From positions 360-64,359 of the forward strand of contig JAZREK010000026.1 of NCBI GenBank assembly GCA_045660765.1: DNA of 64,000 nucleotides. Direction: 5' to 3'. This stretch comes from Clostridia bacterium. GTDB taxonomy: Bacteria; Bacillota; Clostridia; UMGS1883. The notes under the pieces were generated by a model, which worked only from the letters and a program-made list of their open reading frames with translations, was not told the origin of the DNA and ran no database searches. The translations under genes were made by a program, and so were the position numbers. Shown one piece after another: positions 9,711 to 19,557 of this stretch (the stretch's first letter is position 1; each line of letters opens with the position of its first letter).

Positions 9711-11011
9711 AATACTGATTCTCCCTCCGTGTTTTTATTGACATCGGAAACATGCCCAAACAGTCTCATCTCAGTGTTTCGCACACGCTCATCAAATCCC
9801 TGACCTATCATTATAATGGCAAGTACTGTTGTGAGCAATGGGAAGTTTATGGTGTTATCGGTAGATGATACTATGACAAGATACAGACTCAGGGCAAAGG
9901 TTACAATAGCATTATCAATCTTCCCTTTTGCTCCGAAGTAGCACACTCGGAGTATTGTCATAGAAAACAGCCATAATATATATCCCCAGAAGCCCAGGTC
10001 AATAAAATACTGCAGGAAATCATTATGAACTGCCGAAACACCCACGCTCATATTCGTACTCAACTGATATGACAAAAACCCGATACCATTTCCCAAAAAT
10101 TCAGGTGTAAACTCATAAAATTTATCTACAGCGTTGTAGATTACAACGCGTCCGCTTGTATCAATGCCTATCTTTTCAAGCATTGAAAACACATCCATTT
10201 TTATAATCCCCACATAACCAATCAGAAGAATCATCAGAATAACAGTGAAAATTATAACAAGGCGCGTTGCCGTATCTTTTTTGAATTTCGCAACAAATTT
10301 CAAAAACCAACCAAATGCAAGCGAAACCGCAATAGCAATTATACCGATTCTCTTAAACGCCGCAAGAAAACAAAATGACGTTAGTCCGAGCAATATCAAA
10401 AACGCTATATTCTTTTTTGGTTTTAGAAGCATAAAAACCAGATACGCTCCCAAGCAGAATGCAAGTTCATGAATTTCTGCCTGAACGATAACATCGCCGG
10501 TTTTTGCCGCAAACGTCACGATGAGAGTAATAAATTCTGAAAAGAAGACTCCTATTCCGTTTTGGGCAATAACAGTAACAATCATTAACATATTGGAAAT
10601 AAGGATTGCAATAAGGTTGTACCATATGCCCTTTTCCCCAAAAACATATAAAAAAGCAACTGCAGCCAGTGTGAATGAGAGCATATTGTTATACACAAAC
10701 GCACCGGAGAGTCCTCGTGCAATAACACTTGCATCAACCTGCCCTGCAAACCATATAAACAAGGATGCTAAAATCGTTACGATAAGAGGCATACAATATA
10801 CCAGTGTTGATTTAAGCGATGATGCGCCTCTTGCAATATTCGGCTTATATAAAAAAGTCACAAAAGCCGAAGCAAAAAGTAGAAGGGCAAATGCGTGACG
10901 GAATGTAACGAAAATCCCAAGGTTGATTACCTCGGTAAGAAAATAGTACATAAGTACCGCGACAATCATAAAATAAATTTTTCCGATTGTTTTTACAAAG
11001 TTGCTTTCCAT
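9707..11011 (-). CDS. wzy: O-antigen ligase/polymerase family membrane protein (Wzy-like)
   Basis: ~11 TM helices; Wzy_C-like loop motif AVHNDFLQYFIDLG. Confidence 0.65.
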   Translation of the reverse strand: MESNFVKTIGKIYFMIVAVLMYYFLTEVINLGIFVTFRHAFALLLFASAFVTFLYKPNIARGASSLKSTLVYCMPLIVTILASLFIWFAGQVDASVIARGLSGAFVYNNMLSFTLAAVAFLYVFGEKGIWYNLIAILISNMLMIVTVIAQNGIGVFFSEFITLIVTFAAKTGDVIVQAEIHELAFCLGAYLVFMLLKPKKNIAFLILLGLTSFCFLAAFKRIGIIAIAVSLAFGWFLKFVAKFKKDTATRLVIIFTVILMILLIGYVGIIKMDVFSMLEKIGIDTSGRVVIYNAVDKFYEFTPEFLGNGIGFLSYQLSTNMSVGVSAVHNDFLQYFIDLGFWGYILWLFSMTILRVCYFGAKGKIDNAIVTFALSLYLVIVSSTDNTINFPLLTTVLAIIMIGQGFDERVRNTEMRLFGHVSDVNKNTEGESVL

Positions 11012-11041
11012 ACGTCTCTTGCCCTCCTTTCAGGTTTTAAA

Positions 11042-12916
11042 TTATTTATCCAATTCTGATGTGTATGCTTTCTTGTTTTTAATAGCTTCTGAAAGCAGTT
11101 TTCTTGCAGTCTTATTTTCTTTGAATGTTTCTGCTATACCTACTTTATATTCCAACTTCACATCACGGTATTCTTCGCGGTCATCTATTCTTAAACCGAA
11201 AAGTCTTATAATGTCTTCAACAGTAATATAGTCAACATCTTTCGCCAAAATTACAAAGCTACCGTTTCCGTTATAGATAAACTCTGTGTTAGTCTTTCCG
11301 AAAGCTTCTTTCAGATATGTTGTAAACATTTTAATTATATCGTCGCCAACTTTTCTTCCCTGCTCTGTATTTATTGTCACAAGGTTTGCCAGATCAACCA
11401 TACAGTATACCGTTCCGTCATCAAGGAGTTTTTTATCCATAGATTTTAAATACTTATCAAAATATGCACGGTTACTAAGTTCGGTAAGATGATCTGTGTA
11501 GAAAATATAATTTATAATATCACCAAGTCTTCCCACGAGAATTGCTCCGCCACAGCAGAGAATTACAAGGAAGAAAAATGCAATCAACGTATAAAGAGTT
11601 ACGTTTATACTCGGTTTAACAGATGCAGAAGATAAAACAGAAATATAACTTGCACCAAGATATTCATTATACTCGTCGTTCGTCTTCATTGTTGTGCTGT
11701 AAAGAACGGAAAGTTCTGAAATAAGTGCTTCTATCTCGCCTTCTATTTCTGTTTGCAATGCAGCATAGTTTTCGTTATGAATCTGTGTACAGGTTTGTCC
11801 TGATGAAAGACATTCTCCATTTTCACATGCCCCTGTGCACTTTTCAAAAGTATCAATAACGTATCTGCAATATGCAGTATCTATAATAGAATGTTCCTTC
11901 TTTTCGTTGTGGTCTCTCCAGCCGTAAATAAGTTCGTCATATGTTACAGTCTGATCTCCGGCAGTAAAATACCCCTCTTCAGATTCAACAAGATTGCGTT
12001 CGTGCACGTTGTCAAGAATATACTCATGAGTGATATTTGTATTGCCTGACTCTCTCATTTTTTCTACATAAGCATCAATAACAGAAAGTGTGTCGTCTAC
12101 TATACTTTCTTCCTTTGCGTTTAAGATATTGTTGCTGTCGATTCTTGTATTATAGTCAGAAATCAAGATTGTTTTATTCTTGGTAATCTGATACTTATAA
12201 ATTTTGGAAAAGAGAGATGAGAGCTTTACACTTCTTAAATAATTGAATTCGTCTGCCAAGTCGTTAAACGATACGCCTGTGCTTGTGGCTCTGAAATAAG
12301 GATTCTGACTTGTTCTCTGATACAATGTGTTCAGCGTTTCGTCGATTCCTGTATCAATCAGTTCCACCATTTCAATGTAATCGTAATTACTGTTATCAAT
12401 GTTTTCTATAACATTTTTTGCAGGAGCAACGTTCACATATTTCTGACTGTATTCTGCAAAATATACGTCCAATGTTTCGTCAAGAATGGTTCTGGCAAAC
12501 TCTGCGCCCTCATTATTTCTGGCAGTGAATGAGACGATATATGTACTTGGCTCATACACGTATTCTTCGCCTTCTTCAAGTTTTGCCGATTTCTGTGCCA
12601 TCTTATCTTCATCGGGAAGCGGAATTATTGTTATTCTTGATATAAGGCTATCAACAGAATAAACACCTGTAAGCCCCATTCTGTCAACAACTTTTGACAT
12701 TACTGCTGATGATTTAATTTCATTAACATCCAGCTTTGAACCTGTGGGAGTAAGTCCCTGCTCTGCCATAGGATCGTTGTAGTGTATAACTTCGGATGCA
12801 ACATAAGTATTTGATTTTTTAAGGTTCAAATTTATTGCATATGTGGCTAAAACACAAAAAACTACAATGATTGGCAGAAGCTTTTTTAAATATCTCATAA
12901 TATGAAAATTCTTCAT
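11042..12916 (-). CDS. Wzz/polysaccharide co-polymerase-like protein (TM, ~400-aa extracytoplasmic domain, TM) fused to a C-terminal degenerate GGDEF domain
   Basis: N-terminus resembles Wzz/CpsC (short cytoplasmic tail, TM, large polar domain, second TM LYTLIAFFFLVILCCGGAILVG). C-terminus has the GGDEF fold (DHLTELSNRAYF...VDLANLVTIN...GDDIIKM) but NGSF in place of GG[DE]EF. Confidence 0.55.
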   Translation of the reverse strand: MKNFHIMRYLKKLLPIIVVFCVLATYAINLNLKKSNTYVASEVIHYNDPMAEQGLTPTGSKLDVNEIKSSAVMSKVVDRMGLTGVYSVDSLISRITIIPLPDEDKMAQKSAKLEEGEEYVYEPSTYIVSFTARNNEGAEFARTILDETLDVYFAEYSQKYVNVAPAKNVIENIDNSNYDYIEMVELIDTGIDETLNTLYQRTSQNPYFRATSTGVSFNDLADEFNYLRSVKLSSLFSKIYKYQITKNKTILISDYNTRIDSNNILNAKEESIVDDTLSVIDAYVEKMRESGNTNITHEYILDNVHERNLVESEEGYFTAGDQTVTYDELIYGWRDHNEKKEHSIIDTAYCRYVIDTFEKCTGACENGECLSSGQTCTQIHNENYAALQTEIEGEIEALISELSVLYSTTMKTNDEYNEYLGASYISVLSSASVKPSINVTLYTLIAFFFLVILCCGGAILVGRLGDIINYIFYTDHLTELSNRAYFDKYLKSMDKKLLDDGTVYCMVDLANLVTINTEQGRKVGDDIIKMFTTYLKEAFGKTNTEFIYNGNGSFVILAKDVDYITVEDIIRLFGLRIDDREEYRDVKLEYKVGIAETFKENKTARKLLSEAIKNKKAYTSELDK

Positions 12917-12943
12917 TTTTTACCCTCCTGTAATATTTTGTGT

Positions 12944-14302
12944 TTATTCTTTAGGAAACTTTTTTGAAACTGCAAAGAGCAGTGCTGCAAGATAAGCAAA
13001 AACGGCAAACAGAATTATTGATTTCAGTTCGCTCAATAATGAAGTGCCCGAAATGCTTACAGCAATACACTGATTCATTATGTAATTTGAATATTCTCTG
13101 CCCGCCTTAATTGCCTCAACCGTAAAATCTTCTATACTCTTGTCAATTGATAGAATAAGTTCGTCCGCCTGCGCAGTTACAGATGCGTCTGCTGTTGCAT
13201 TCTCCATTTTGCTGATAACAAGATTGTTGTCCATTATTTCCTTCTCGCTTGTCGCAACATCGTCACTAAAAGAAGTTGCCATAACGGAAAGTTCATCAAT
13301 ACCAACCTTGGTTCGTCCCATATAATACTTTCCGCTTTCATCCCAAGTGGGAACGAGCACCACTCTTGTCATTTCTTCGGAATACATCTGTATCGCCATA
13401 TTACAAAGATTGTAAGAAGCAGCATTCTTCATTCTTTCAAAATCTGTAATCTTGTTCTGATAAGAAAGCCTGTCGATATAGTTTGCTTTGTTTTTTGCAA
13501 TACCGTGCTGCAAAACCAAAGATCTAAGGTTCTGTTCGATCTGAGTTTCTCTGAACTGATATACCTTGCCTGCTATCGAATTAAATGTAGCATTGTTTTC
13601 AGTAACAAAGCTGGGACCCTTTTCTGCCATTCCATATAAGTAATTCAAAACACAGTTGGTTTCTTTGTTAAGATAATTAACAATATCCATATATTCCATT
13701 GTGGAATAGTCTGGTTTTTCTTCGTTGTTTGTAAGAGTGAAATTGTCTGTATATTTCTCTATGTAGTACTCTTTATAGGCACTTGCAATAAGAGCAATTA
13801 CGTTTTCAGCATCCAGGTGATCGGTATGTTTTGAGGCGTGGTATTCAACAACAAATTCTGTAGAAATATGATAATTGGACTTGTCGTTTACATCACCCTG
13901 AACATAAGGATAAACACACAAACAGTTTTTAAGCTGTTTTACCGTTACATCTTCAAAAGCACCCATTTCGATTGCTTTTGCCACAACATCATCACAGATA
14001 ATTTCCGTCATATTATATCTTGTTCCGTTAGAATTCTGTGCCTGCGAAGCCTCTGAATAATTAAGAGCTATCACCGCCTGCACTGAATGTTTTGCCTTCA
14101 TATGATTAAAAATGGCAAACACACCTGAAAGAACAAAAACAAAAATTAAAATCCATGCCTTTATACAACGTGTGCTTTTAAATATCTTGAAAAATTCACT
14201 TCTGGTGACATTTTTCGAGCGAATATAGATTGTGAAGGCAGATATCAGCAACAATACACCTGCTACCACAATCGGCAATTTTTGTAAAAGTGAGGAATAC
14301 AT
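12944..14302 (-). CDS. Wzz/PCP-like membrane protein, paralog of the extracytoplasmic domain of 11042..12916; no GGDEF
   Basis: TM helices at both ends; the central domain is colinear with that of the neighbouring gene (e.g. VVDRMGL / VVAKAIEMGA; NPYFRATSTGVSFNDL / KGPSFVTENNATFNSI). Confidence 0.45.
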   Translation of the reverse strand: MYSSLLQKLPIVVAGVLLLISAFTIYIRSKNVTRSEFFKIFKSTRCIKAWILIFVFVLSGVFAIFNHMKAKHSVQAVIALNYSEASQAQNSNGTRYNMTEIICDDVVAKAIEMGAFEDVTVKQLKNCLCVYPYVQGDVNDKSNYHISTEFVVEYHASKHTDHLDAENVIALIASAYKEYYIEKYTDNFTLTNNEEKPDYSTMEYMDIVNYLNKETNCVLNYLYGMAEKGPSFVTENNATFNSIAGKVYQFRETQIEQNLRSLVLQHGIAKNKANYIDRLSYQNKITDFERMKNAASYNLCNMAIQMYSEEMTRVVLVPTWDESGKYYMGRTKVGIDELSVMATSFSDDVATSEKEIMDNNLVISKMENATADASVTAQADELILSIDKSIEDFTVEAIKAGREYSNYIMNQCIAVSISGTSLLSELKSIILFAVFAYLAALLFAVSKKFPKE

Positions 14303-14324
14303 CTATCATTCACTCCTTTCAAAT

Positions 14325-15296
14325 TTAAAACTTATTTATATCAACAACTACGATTTCCGGTTTGTTGTTAATTCTCAAAAGGTTTTTATTTTCAATACCT
14401 GAATTTACAATCAAAGGTCTACCCTGAACTTCATATCTTCCGCTGACATAATGTCCGCTTCTTTCCGGGAAAAGCCCTCCTCCGCGAGTATACAGTGGTC
14501 CGATAAGCGGAACTTTGATTATTCCGCCATGAGTGTCGCCTGCAAGCATCAGGTCGCCCCATGTATCGGGAGTGTATTCTTCAAAAACCATAGGTTCGTG
14601 GATTGCTGTGATTTTTAAATTATTTTCATTTGTAAAAATGAATTCGTCAAAGCTTTTTCCGCCGTAAGACCAGAATGATGACGGATTTGAAGTAAGAACG
14701 CCATAAACGTCTACCTTTGTAGCTCCGATCGTTAAAGTATCAAATTCGTTTTTAAGAACCTTTACCCCTGCTTTTTCAATTTTTTCATCGAAAGAATTAG
14801 TGATTTCCAAAAGCTTCTGGGGATCTCTGTTTTCGTTGTTAAAACCGAATTTTTCGTCAAGAGAATCTTGTGTCAAAGGATTGTTATAAAACTTTTTAAC
14901 CTCGTTATTTCCGTATATGTAATATGACGGAGCAACCTTTGAAAGAGTTGAGCACAAATTAATAACTCTTTCATCAGACTTCGCATTTGAATCAATCATA
15001 TCACCGGTATATATGATTAAGTCGGGTTTTAATTTTTTAACCCTGTCTATGAGTTTTTTATTTTCTTTTCCGTATGATGAATTGTGCAAATCAGAAATAT
15101 GAACAACTCGAATCTTGTTATGAACCTTAAGACTGCTTACACTGTAGAATTTTTCTTTAAAATTTCGGTTTCCGACATAGTTGAATCCGATAACTGCAAT
15201 CGTTGCGGCTATCAACACAAAAACCAGACTTATTAAAAAGAGTTTTGCAACTCTTAACTTTTTCTTGGATTTTGCACTAAGTGTGTATCCCTTCAT
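14325..15296 (-). CDS. Membrane-anchored calcineurin-like metallophosphoesterase
   Basis: N-terminal TM; MPP motifs VHISDLH, YTGDMID, GNNE, GDTHGG. Confidence 0.7.
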   Translation of the reverse strand: MKGYTLSAKSKKKLRVAKLFLISLVFVLIAATIAVIGFNYVGNRNFKEKFYSVSSLKVHNKIRVVHISDLHNSSYGKENKKLIDRVKKLKPDLIIYTGDMIDSNAKSDERVINLCSTLSKVAPSYYIYGNNEVKKFYNNPLTQDSLDEKFGFNNENRDPQKLLEITNSFDEKIEKAGVKVLKNEFDTLTIGATKVDVYGVLTSNPSSFWSYGGKSFDEFIFTNENNLKITAIHEPMVFEEYTPDTWGDLMLAGDTHGGIIKVPLIGPLYTRGGGLFPERSGHYVSGRYEVQGRPLIVNSGIENKNLLRINNKPEIVVVDINKF

Positions 15297-15315
15297 ATAA
15301 TTAACTACCTTTCGT

Positions 15316-16446
15316 TTAATTTCTTATAACCTTTTCATACAGGTTGTATGTAGCAGTCGCAACATCTTTCCAGTTGTACTTATTGAGTATGAATTCGTCT
15401 GCTCCATTCTTTAGGTCATTGACAACGCTTTCGTCATCGCACATCATCTGCAATTTGTCTGCAAGATCTTTTATATCACTCTTTTTAAAATGCATAGCCT
15501 TATCTTCGGTTACCAGGGTGTTTTCAGGAATATCCGAACACAAGACCGCATTTCCGTATGCAAGCGCCTCGAGAAGGCTCAACGACATTCCTTCGATATC
15601 CGATGGAAGTGTAACCAGGTAAGCATTGCTGTATATTTCGGTTAGGACATCGCCCGATATGAATCCCGTAAAAATAATGTTGGGATTTCCCTCTGCCTTT
15701 TCCTTAAGCATTTTCACATAATCATCTGTATCACTCGTGTCTCCTGCTATAACAAGCTTCTTATCTGTTTTTATACTGTTATATGCGTCTATAAGGTAGT
15801 GAACACCCTTTTCAGCGGTAAGGCGCGACACCATACAAATGTAGTCTCCACCCTTAATACCGTACAAATTCTTAATTTTGTCCGCTTCTTTCTTTTCGGG
15901 CTTTTCTATTCCGTTATGAATAAGCACCGTTTCACGATTATAAGTGTTTTTAAAATATTCGCGGGCACTTTCGCTTAAAACAATAATTTCATCAGCACAT
16001 TTCACCATAACACGTTCGCCGAATTTTATATATTTAGAAGCGAATCCTTTTCCCCATTTTTCTCTTTGCCAGTCAAGTCCATGAACTGTCGCTACGCAGT
16101 GCTTTCCAAACATTTTAGGAATCCACATTGCAGCGCAGGGACCTTCTGCATGAAAATGTACTACATCGTATTTTGAAAAAGCCGTGCAAATTGCCGCCGT
16201 AAACGAAGCAATCATCGCCGAAAGACCACGTGCATTGATTGTCCACGCCTTCTTCAGTGTTACATTACGATATTTTTTATTTTCAACGGTTCCGACATAT
16301 TCATTTTCCACTTTATCCGCAGAACGGTTATAACAGGTAACATTCGCTCCCATTTCTGCCAACAAAGGGCACAATGAAGTAAGCACATTTTCTATTCCGC
16401 CACGTCTTGACGGGATAACTTTATGCCCAAGCATTGCAACTTTCAT
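15316..16446 (-). CDS. Glycosyltransferase family 4
   Basis: GT-B fold; N-terminal GHKVIPSRRGGIE. Confidence 0.7.
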   Translation of the reverse strand: MKVAMLGHKVIPSRRGGIENVLTSLCPLLAEMGANVTCYNRSADKVENEYVGTVENKKYRNVTLKKAWTINARGLSAMIASFTAAICTAFSKYDVVHFHAEGPCAAMWIPKMFGKHCVATVHGLDWQREKWGKGFASKYIKFGERVMVKCADEIIVLSESAREYFKNTYNRETVLIHNGIEKPEKKEADKIKNLYGIKGGDYICMVSRLTAEKGVHYLIDAYNSIKTDKKLVIAGDTSDTDDYVKMLKEKAEGNPNIIFTGFISGDVLTEIYSNAYLVTLPSDIEGMSLSLLEALAYGNAVLCSDIPENTLVTEDKAMHFKKSDIKDLADKLQMMCDDESVVNDLKNGADEFILNKYNWKDVATATYNLYEKVIRN

Positions 16447-16472
16447 AGCTACATCTCCATTCGTAAAATCGG

Positions 16473-17153
16473 TTATCTGCCTGTTGCGCTGAGCATAACA
16501 ACAGGTGTTTTAAGCATAATAAGTAAATCTCCGGGGAAAGTTCTGTTCTGTATGTAATCAAGATCCATTTCCACCCATTCCTCGAAAGGAACATCGTTTC
16601 TGTTTTTGTGAATCTGCCATGTACAGGTAATTCCCGGGGTAACAAGAAGACGAAGTTTCTGATAATCGGTATAATACTCAACCTCTCTCGGAAGCGGAGG
16701 TCTGGGGCCGACCAAGGTCATATCCCCTTTGAAAACATTGAAGAACTGCATAAGTTCATCAAGCGATAATTTGCGAAGGATTTTTCCAACTCTTGTTATT
16801 CTGGGGTCTTCCTTGATTTTGAAAACGGGACCTTCCATTTCATTTTGTTCTTTAAGTTGATCTAAAAGCTTTTCTGCATCAGGTCGCATAGTACGGAATT
16901 TATACATATAAAACTCTTTCCCGTGACGGCCAACTCTTTTTTGTTTAAAGAACGGGCCTGCACTCGGATCGTCAATGCAGATTACAATAGCAATTATAAT
17001 CATCAGCGGAAGAAATCCCAGCAGAATCAATGTCGCAAAAAAGATGTCAAAGAGTCTTTTTTTGCGCCAATAAGACAAATAAGATTTTTCAATTAACGCT
17101 TCAAGCTTTAATCTGGTTTTCTCGTCTACTTTTTCTTTTTCAATATAAGGCAT
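16473..17153 (-). CDS. Undecaprenyl-phosphate sugar phosphotransferase (small 'Bac_transf' initiating PGT, WcaJ/PglC-like)
   Basis: KRLFDIFFATLILL...PFFKQKRVGRHGKEFYMYKFRTM...DELMQFFNVFKGDMTLVGPRP motifs. Confidence 0.8.
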   Translation of the reverse strand: MPYIEKEKVDEKTRLKLEALIEKSYLSYWRKKRLFDIFFATLILLGFLPLMIIIAIVICIDDPSAGPFFKQKRVGRHGKEFYMYKFRTMRPDAEKLLDQLKEQNEMEGPVFKIKEDPRITRVGKILRKLSLDELMQFFNVFKGDMTLVGPRPPLPREVEYYTDYQKLRLLVTPGITCTWQIHKNRNDVPFEEWVEMDLDYIQNRTFPGDLLIMLKTPVVMLSATGR

Positions 17154-17155
17154 TT

Positions 17156-18019
17156 TTATCCTTCTTTCAAGTCATTTAATAGTGTGTCAAACTCGACTTT
17201 TCTCCATGGGGAAAAATAGAATTTACTAAAACTTTTTCTACTGCCGTCAAAAAGTTTTTCTCCAATTTCCGAGTAACCCGGATGAAATCCGAGTTCAACA
17301 TCTTTACTATGTTTCTCAGCAATTTTTAAATATTTCGGGAGAATTTTGCTTATTTTCCTTTTATCCATCTTTCCCGAAAACAGTACTCCCATAAAATAGG
17401 AATACGGTATTTGCGATTTTTCAAGTTCTTTCCTGTTCACAAAAGCCAGAAATTTCAAAAGCCATTGTTTAACAAGTCCCACCGGCGCATAAGAAAGATA
17501 CAGCGAGGGGGTTTTTATATATGGCGTAATAGGTTCTGCCGGAATACGCAAAGAGTCAACTTGAAGTTTTTCCTCTTTTATTACGTCTAACAGCGTTTTG
17601 AAAACAAGTGGTATCATATGTACATGCTGATGAGAGTCTATGAAAATCCCTGTATTTTCTCCAAGCTGTTCTTTCCAGAATTTAACCTGATTTTGAATTT
17701 CCGTAAAGAGTTGCCTACGCAGTTCTTCTTTTTTTTGTAATAGCGAGAGAAAAAGAAGAAGTGTGAAAGAGTACTTGAAACATCCGTTATCGTCCACAAG
17801 CAAACTAATCTCTTTGGCATCTGAAAGAGGATGCCCCTCAACCAGATTAAGATGCAAAGAAAGCTTTACTTCTGTTTTGTTTAATCGATTTGTAAAATTT
17901 GCAATTTCACCATTTGGCAAAACACTTATCTTATTTAATGCTCCGTTTTGGAGACATTCTTCTATGCGGTCATTACTTTCTTTAGACATACCGTAGTCAT
18001 CCGCACAAAAATATATCAT
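17156..18019 (-). CDS. ChbG/YdjC-family carbohydrate deacetylase
   Basis: MIYFCADDYGMS N-terminus (YdjC D-D-x-G motif); HxH later in the sequence. Confidence 0.6.
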   Translation of the reverse strand: MIYFCADDYGMSKESNDRIEECLQNGALNKISVLPNGEIANFTNRLNKTEVKLSLHLNLVEGHPLSDAKEISLLVDDNGCFKYSFTLLLFLSLLQKKEELRRQLFTEIQNQVKFWKEQLGENTGIFIDSHQHVHMIPLVFKTLLDVIKEEKLQVDSLRIPAEPITPYIKTPSLYLSYAPVGLVKQWLLKFLAFVNRKELEKSQIPYSYFMGVLFSGKMDKRKISKILPKYLKIAEKHSKDVELGFHPGYSEIGEKLFDGSRKSFSKFYFSPWRKVEFDTLLNDLKEG

Positions 18020-18024
18020 ATTAC

Positions 18025-19557
18025 TTACCTCTTATCTCCCAACTTTATAACAATTGTATTGTCAACTACAGTGATTGAATCTTTCTCCGGCCAAACACCC
18101 ATAGAGTCAATATCTGCAATCTCAATTATTCCTTGTTTATCTTTATGGGTAAGGAATTTGTATTTTTTTCCGCAGTAGTCATTCAACGCGCTGCACAAAA
18201 CACTTTGTCCCACAATTTCATCATCAGCACGCAATATGTAACCGTCTGTCGCACCTGTGAGATCAGGCGGAAGATTCACGCTGTAATCTTCGCTGTCGTC
18301 AACCGCGCCAACAACTGCTATACTGTCACATTTATCTGCGCCATCGGTCTGTTCAATTCTGTCAGCGATTCGGATAAGCATACCGTAAGACTTTTCATAC
18401 GCCATATTAAGTTTATGATAACCTACATTGGCGATAATAACATAATTGAAAATAAGTACTGATGCAATACCGAGTATTGTCCATGATTTTGCTGCATTAG
18501 CCTTTTCATACTGCAATATAAGGAATAAATAATATACCAAATATCCCATTTTCATAAGATTATGATAATCTATACCGCTGTTTATGAAAGTAAGAACGCT
18601 TGCTCCAATCGGTAAAAAAACAACATAAGCAATAAGAAGCAGAATTTTTGAAATGTTCAATCTGTTTTTTATTATATCTGCCAGATAGAAAATGATAGTT
18701 GCGGCAAAAACAATACAGTTAATTATGGAAAACGAATTAACACCATTTGAAAAGTCAAAGAAATACGATGTGAATAATTTCTTTATCCAATAAAGCGATT
18801 CCAATATATTAAGCCCATCAAGAGATGTTGCATTTCCAAACCCCTGATAATCAAGAAGCTGTGTATTTGTAACAAGGCGGATAACTGTAAGAAGCAGATA
18901 ATAAAGTGCCATTCCGCAAGCGCCTGTCAGTAAGAACTTAAGGCTTTTGCAAATCGACTGCTTTGTATTTTCCTTGTAGATAAGCTCAAGTATAAGATGC
19001 AAAAGCAAAAGCATTATGGTAACGGTTATGTATGCCTGATAAATCCCTGTTGAAAAAGTGATAAGCATTGCAGCAATTATGTAGTTTGGCTTATCTTTTG
19101 TAATAAGCATTGCTGCGATGCAAGAAAGAAGAAAAGAAAGCGCATATCCATCCGCTACGTAGTTATACATCATAACAGATGTTACCGTTGGAAATGTCGC
19201 AACTAACGCACCTATAAGTGCCGCAGTTATATTTTTTCTAACATCAAGCATTTTACAGATACATACTGCACCAAATGCATGGAATATAATTGCAAGGAGA
19301 CCTGCAACCCAAGGCAAATCATAAAATGAACTCGGCGTGCACGCTACAGGAAGGAACCATCTTCCCATTGCAATCATATTTTGTGAATCATATCTGAAAA
19401 CAAGGCTGTCCCAATTAGGAATCCAGCTTGTAATCTTGTACATATGAGCGACAAATCCCATGATGAGTGCAGAGAAAAAACAAATTTTCCACTGTGGTAA
19501 TATATTCTTTTTGATTTTTCCAATTATTTGTTCAGGCAAAGTTACCACTCCAACCAC
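18025..19557 (-). CDS. Polytopic membrane protein (~12 TM) with C-terminal extracytoplasmic domain; putative GT-C-type glycosyltransferase (GtrC-like role)
   Basis: Hydrophobic profile and soluble C-terminal ~110 aa; lies in the same locus as gtrA and gtrB-like genes. The family assignment is an inference. Confidence 0.4.
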   Translation of the reverse strand: MVGVVTLPEQIIGKIKKNILPQWKICFFSALIMGFVAHMYKITSWIPNWDSLVFRYDSQNMIAMGRWFLPVACTPSSFYDLPWVAGLLAIIFHAFGAVCICKMLDVRKNITAALIGALVATFPTVTSVMMYNYVADGYALSFLLSCIAAMLITKDKPNYIIAAMLITFSTGIYQAYITVTIMLLLLHLILELIYKENTKQSICKSLKFLLTGACGMALYYLLLTVIRLVTNTQLLDYQGFGNATSLDGLNILESLYWIKKLFTSYFFDFSNGVNSFSIINCIVFAATIIFYLADIIKNRLNISKILLLIAYVVFLPIGASVLTFINSGIDYHNLMKMGYLVYYLFLILQYEKANAAKSWTILGIASVLIFNYVIIANVGYHKLNMAYEKSYGMLIRIADRIEQTDGADKCDSIAVVGAVDDSEDYSVNLPPDLTGATDGYILRADDEIVGQSVLCSALNDYCGKKYKFLTHKDKQGIIEIADIDSMGVWPEKDSITVVDNTIVIKLGDKR

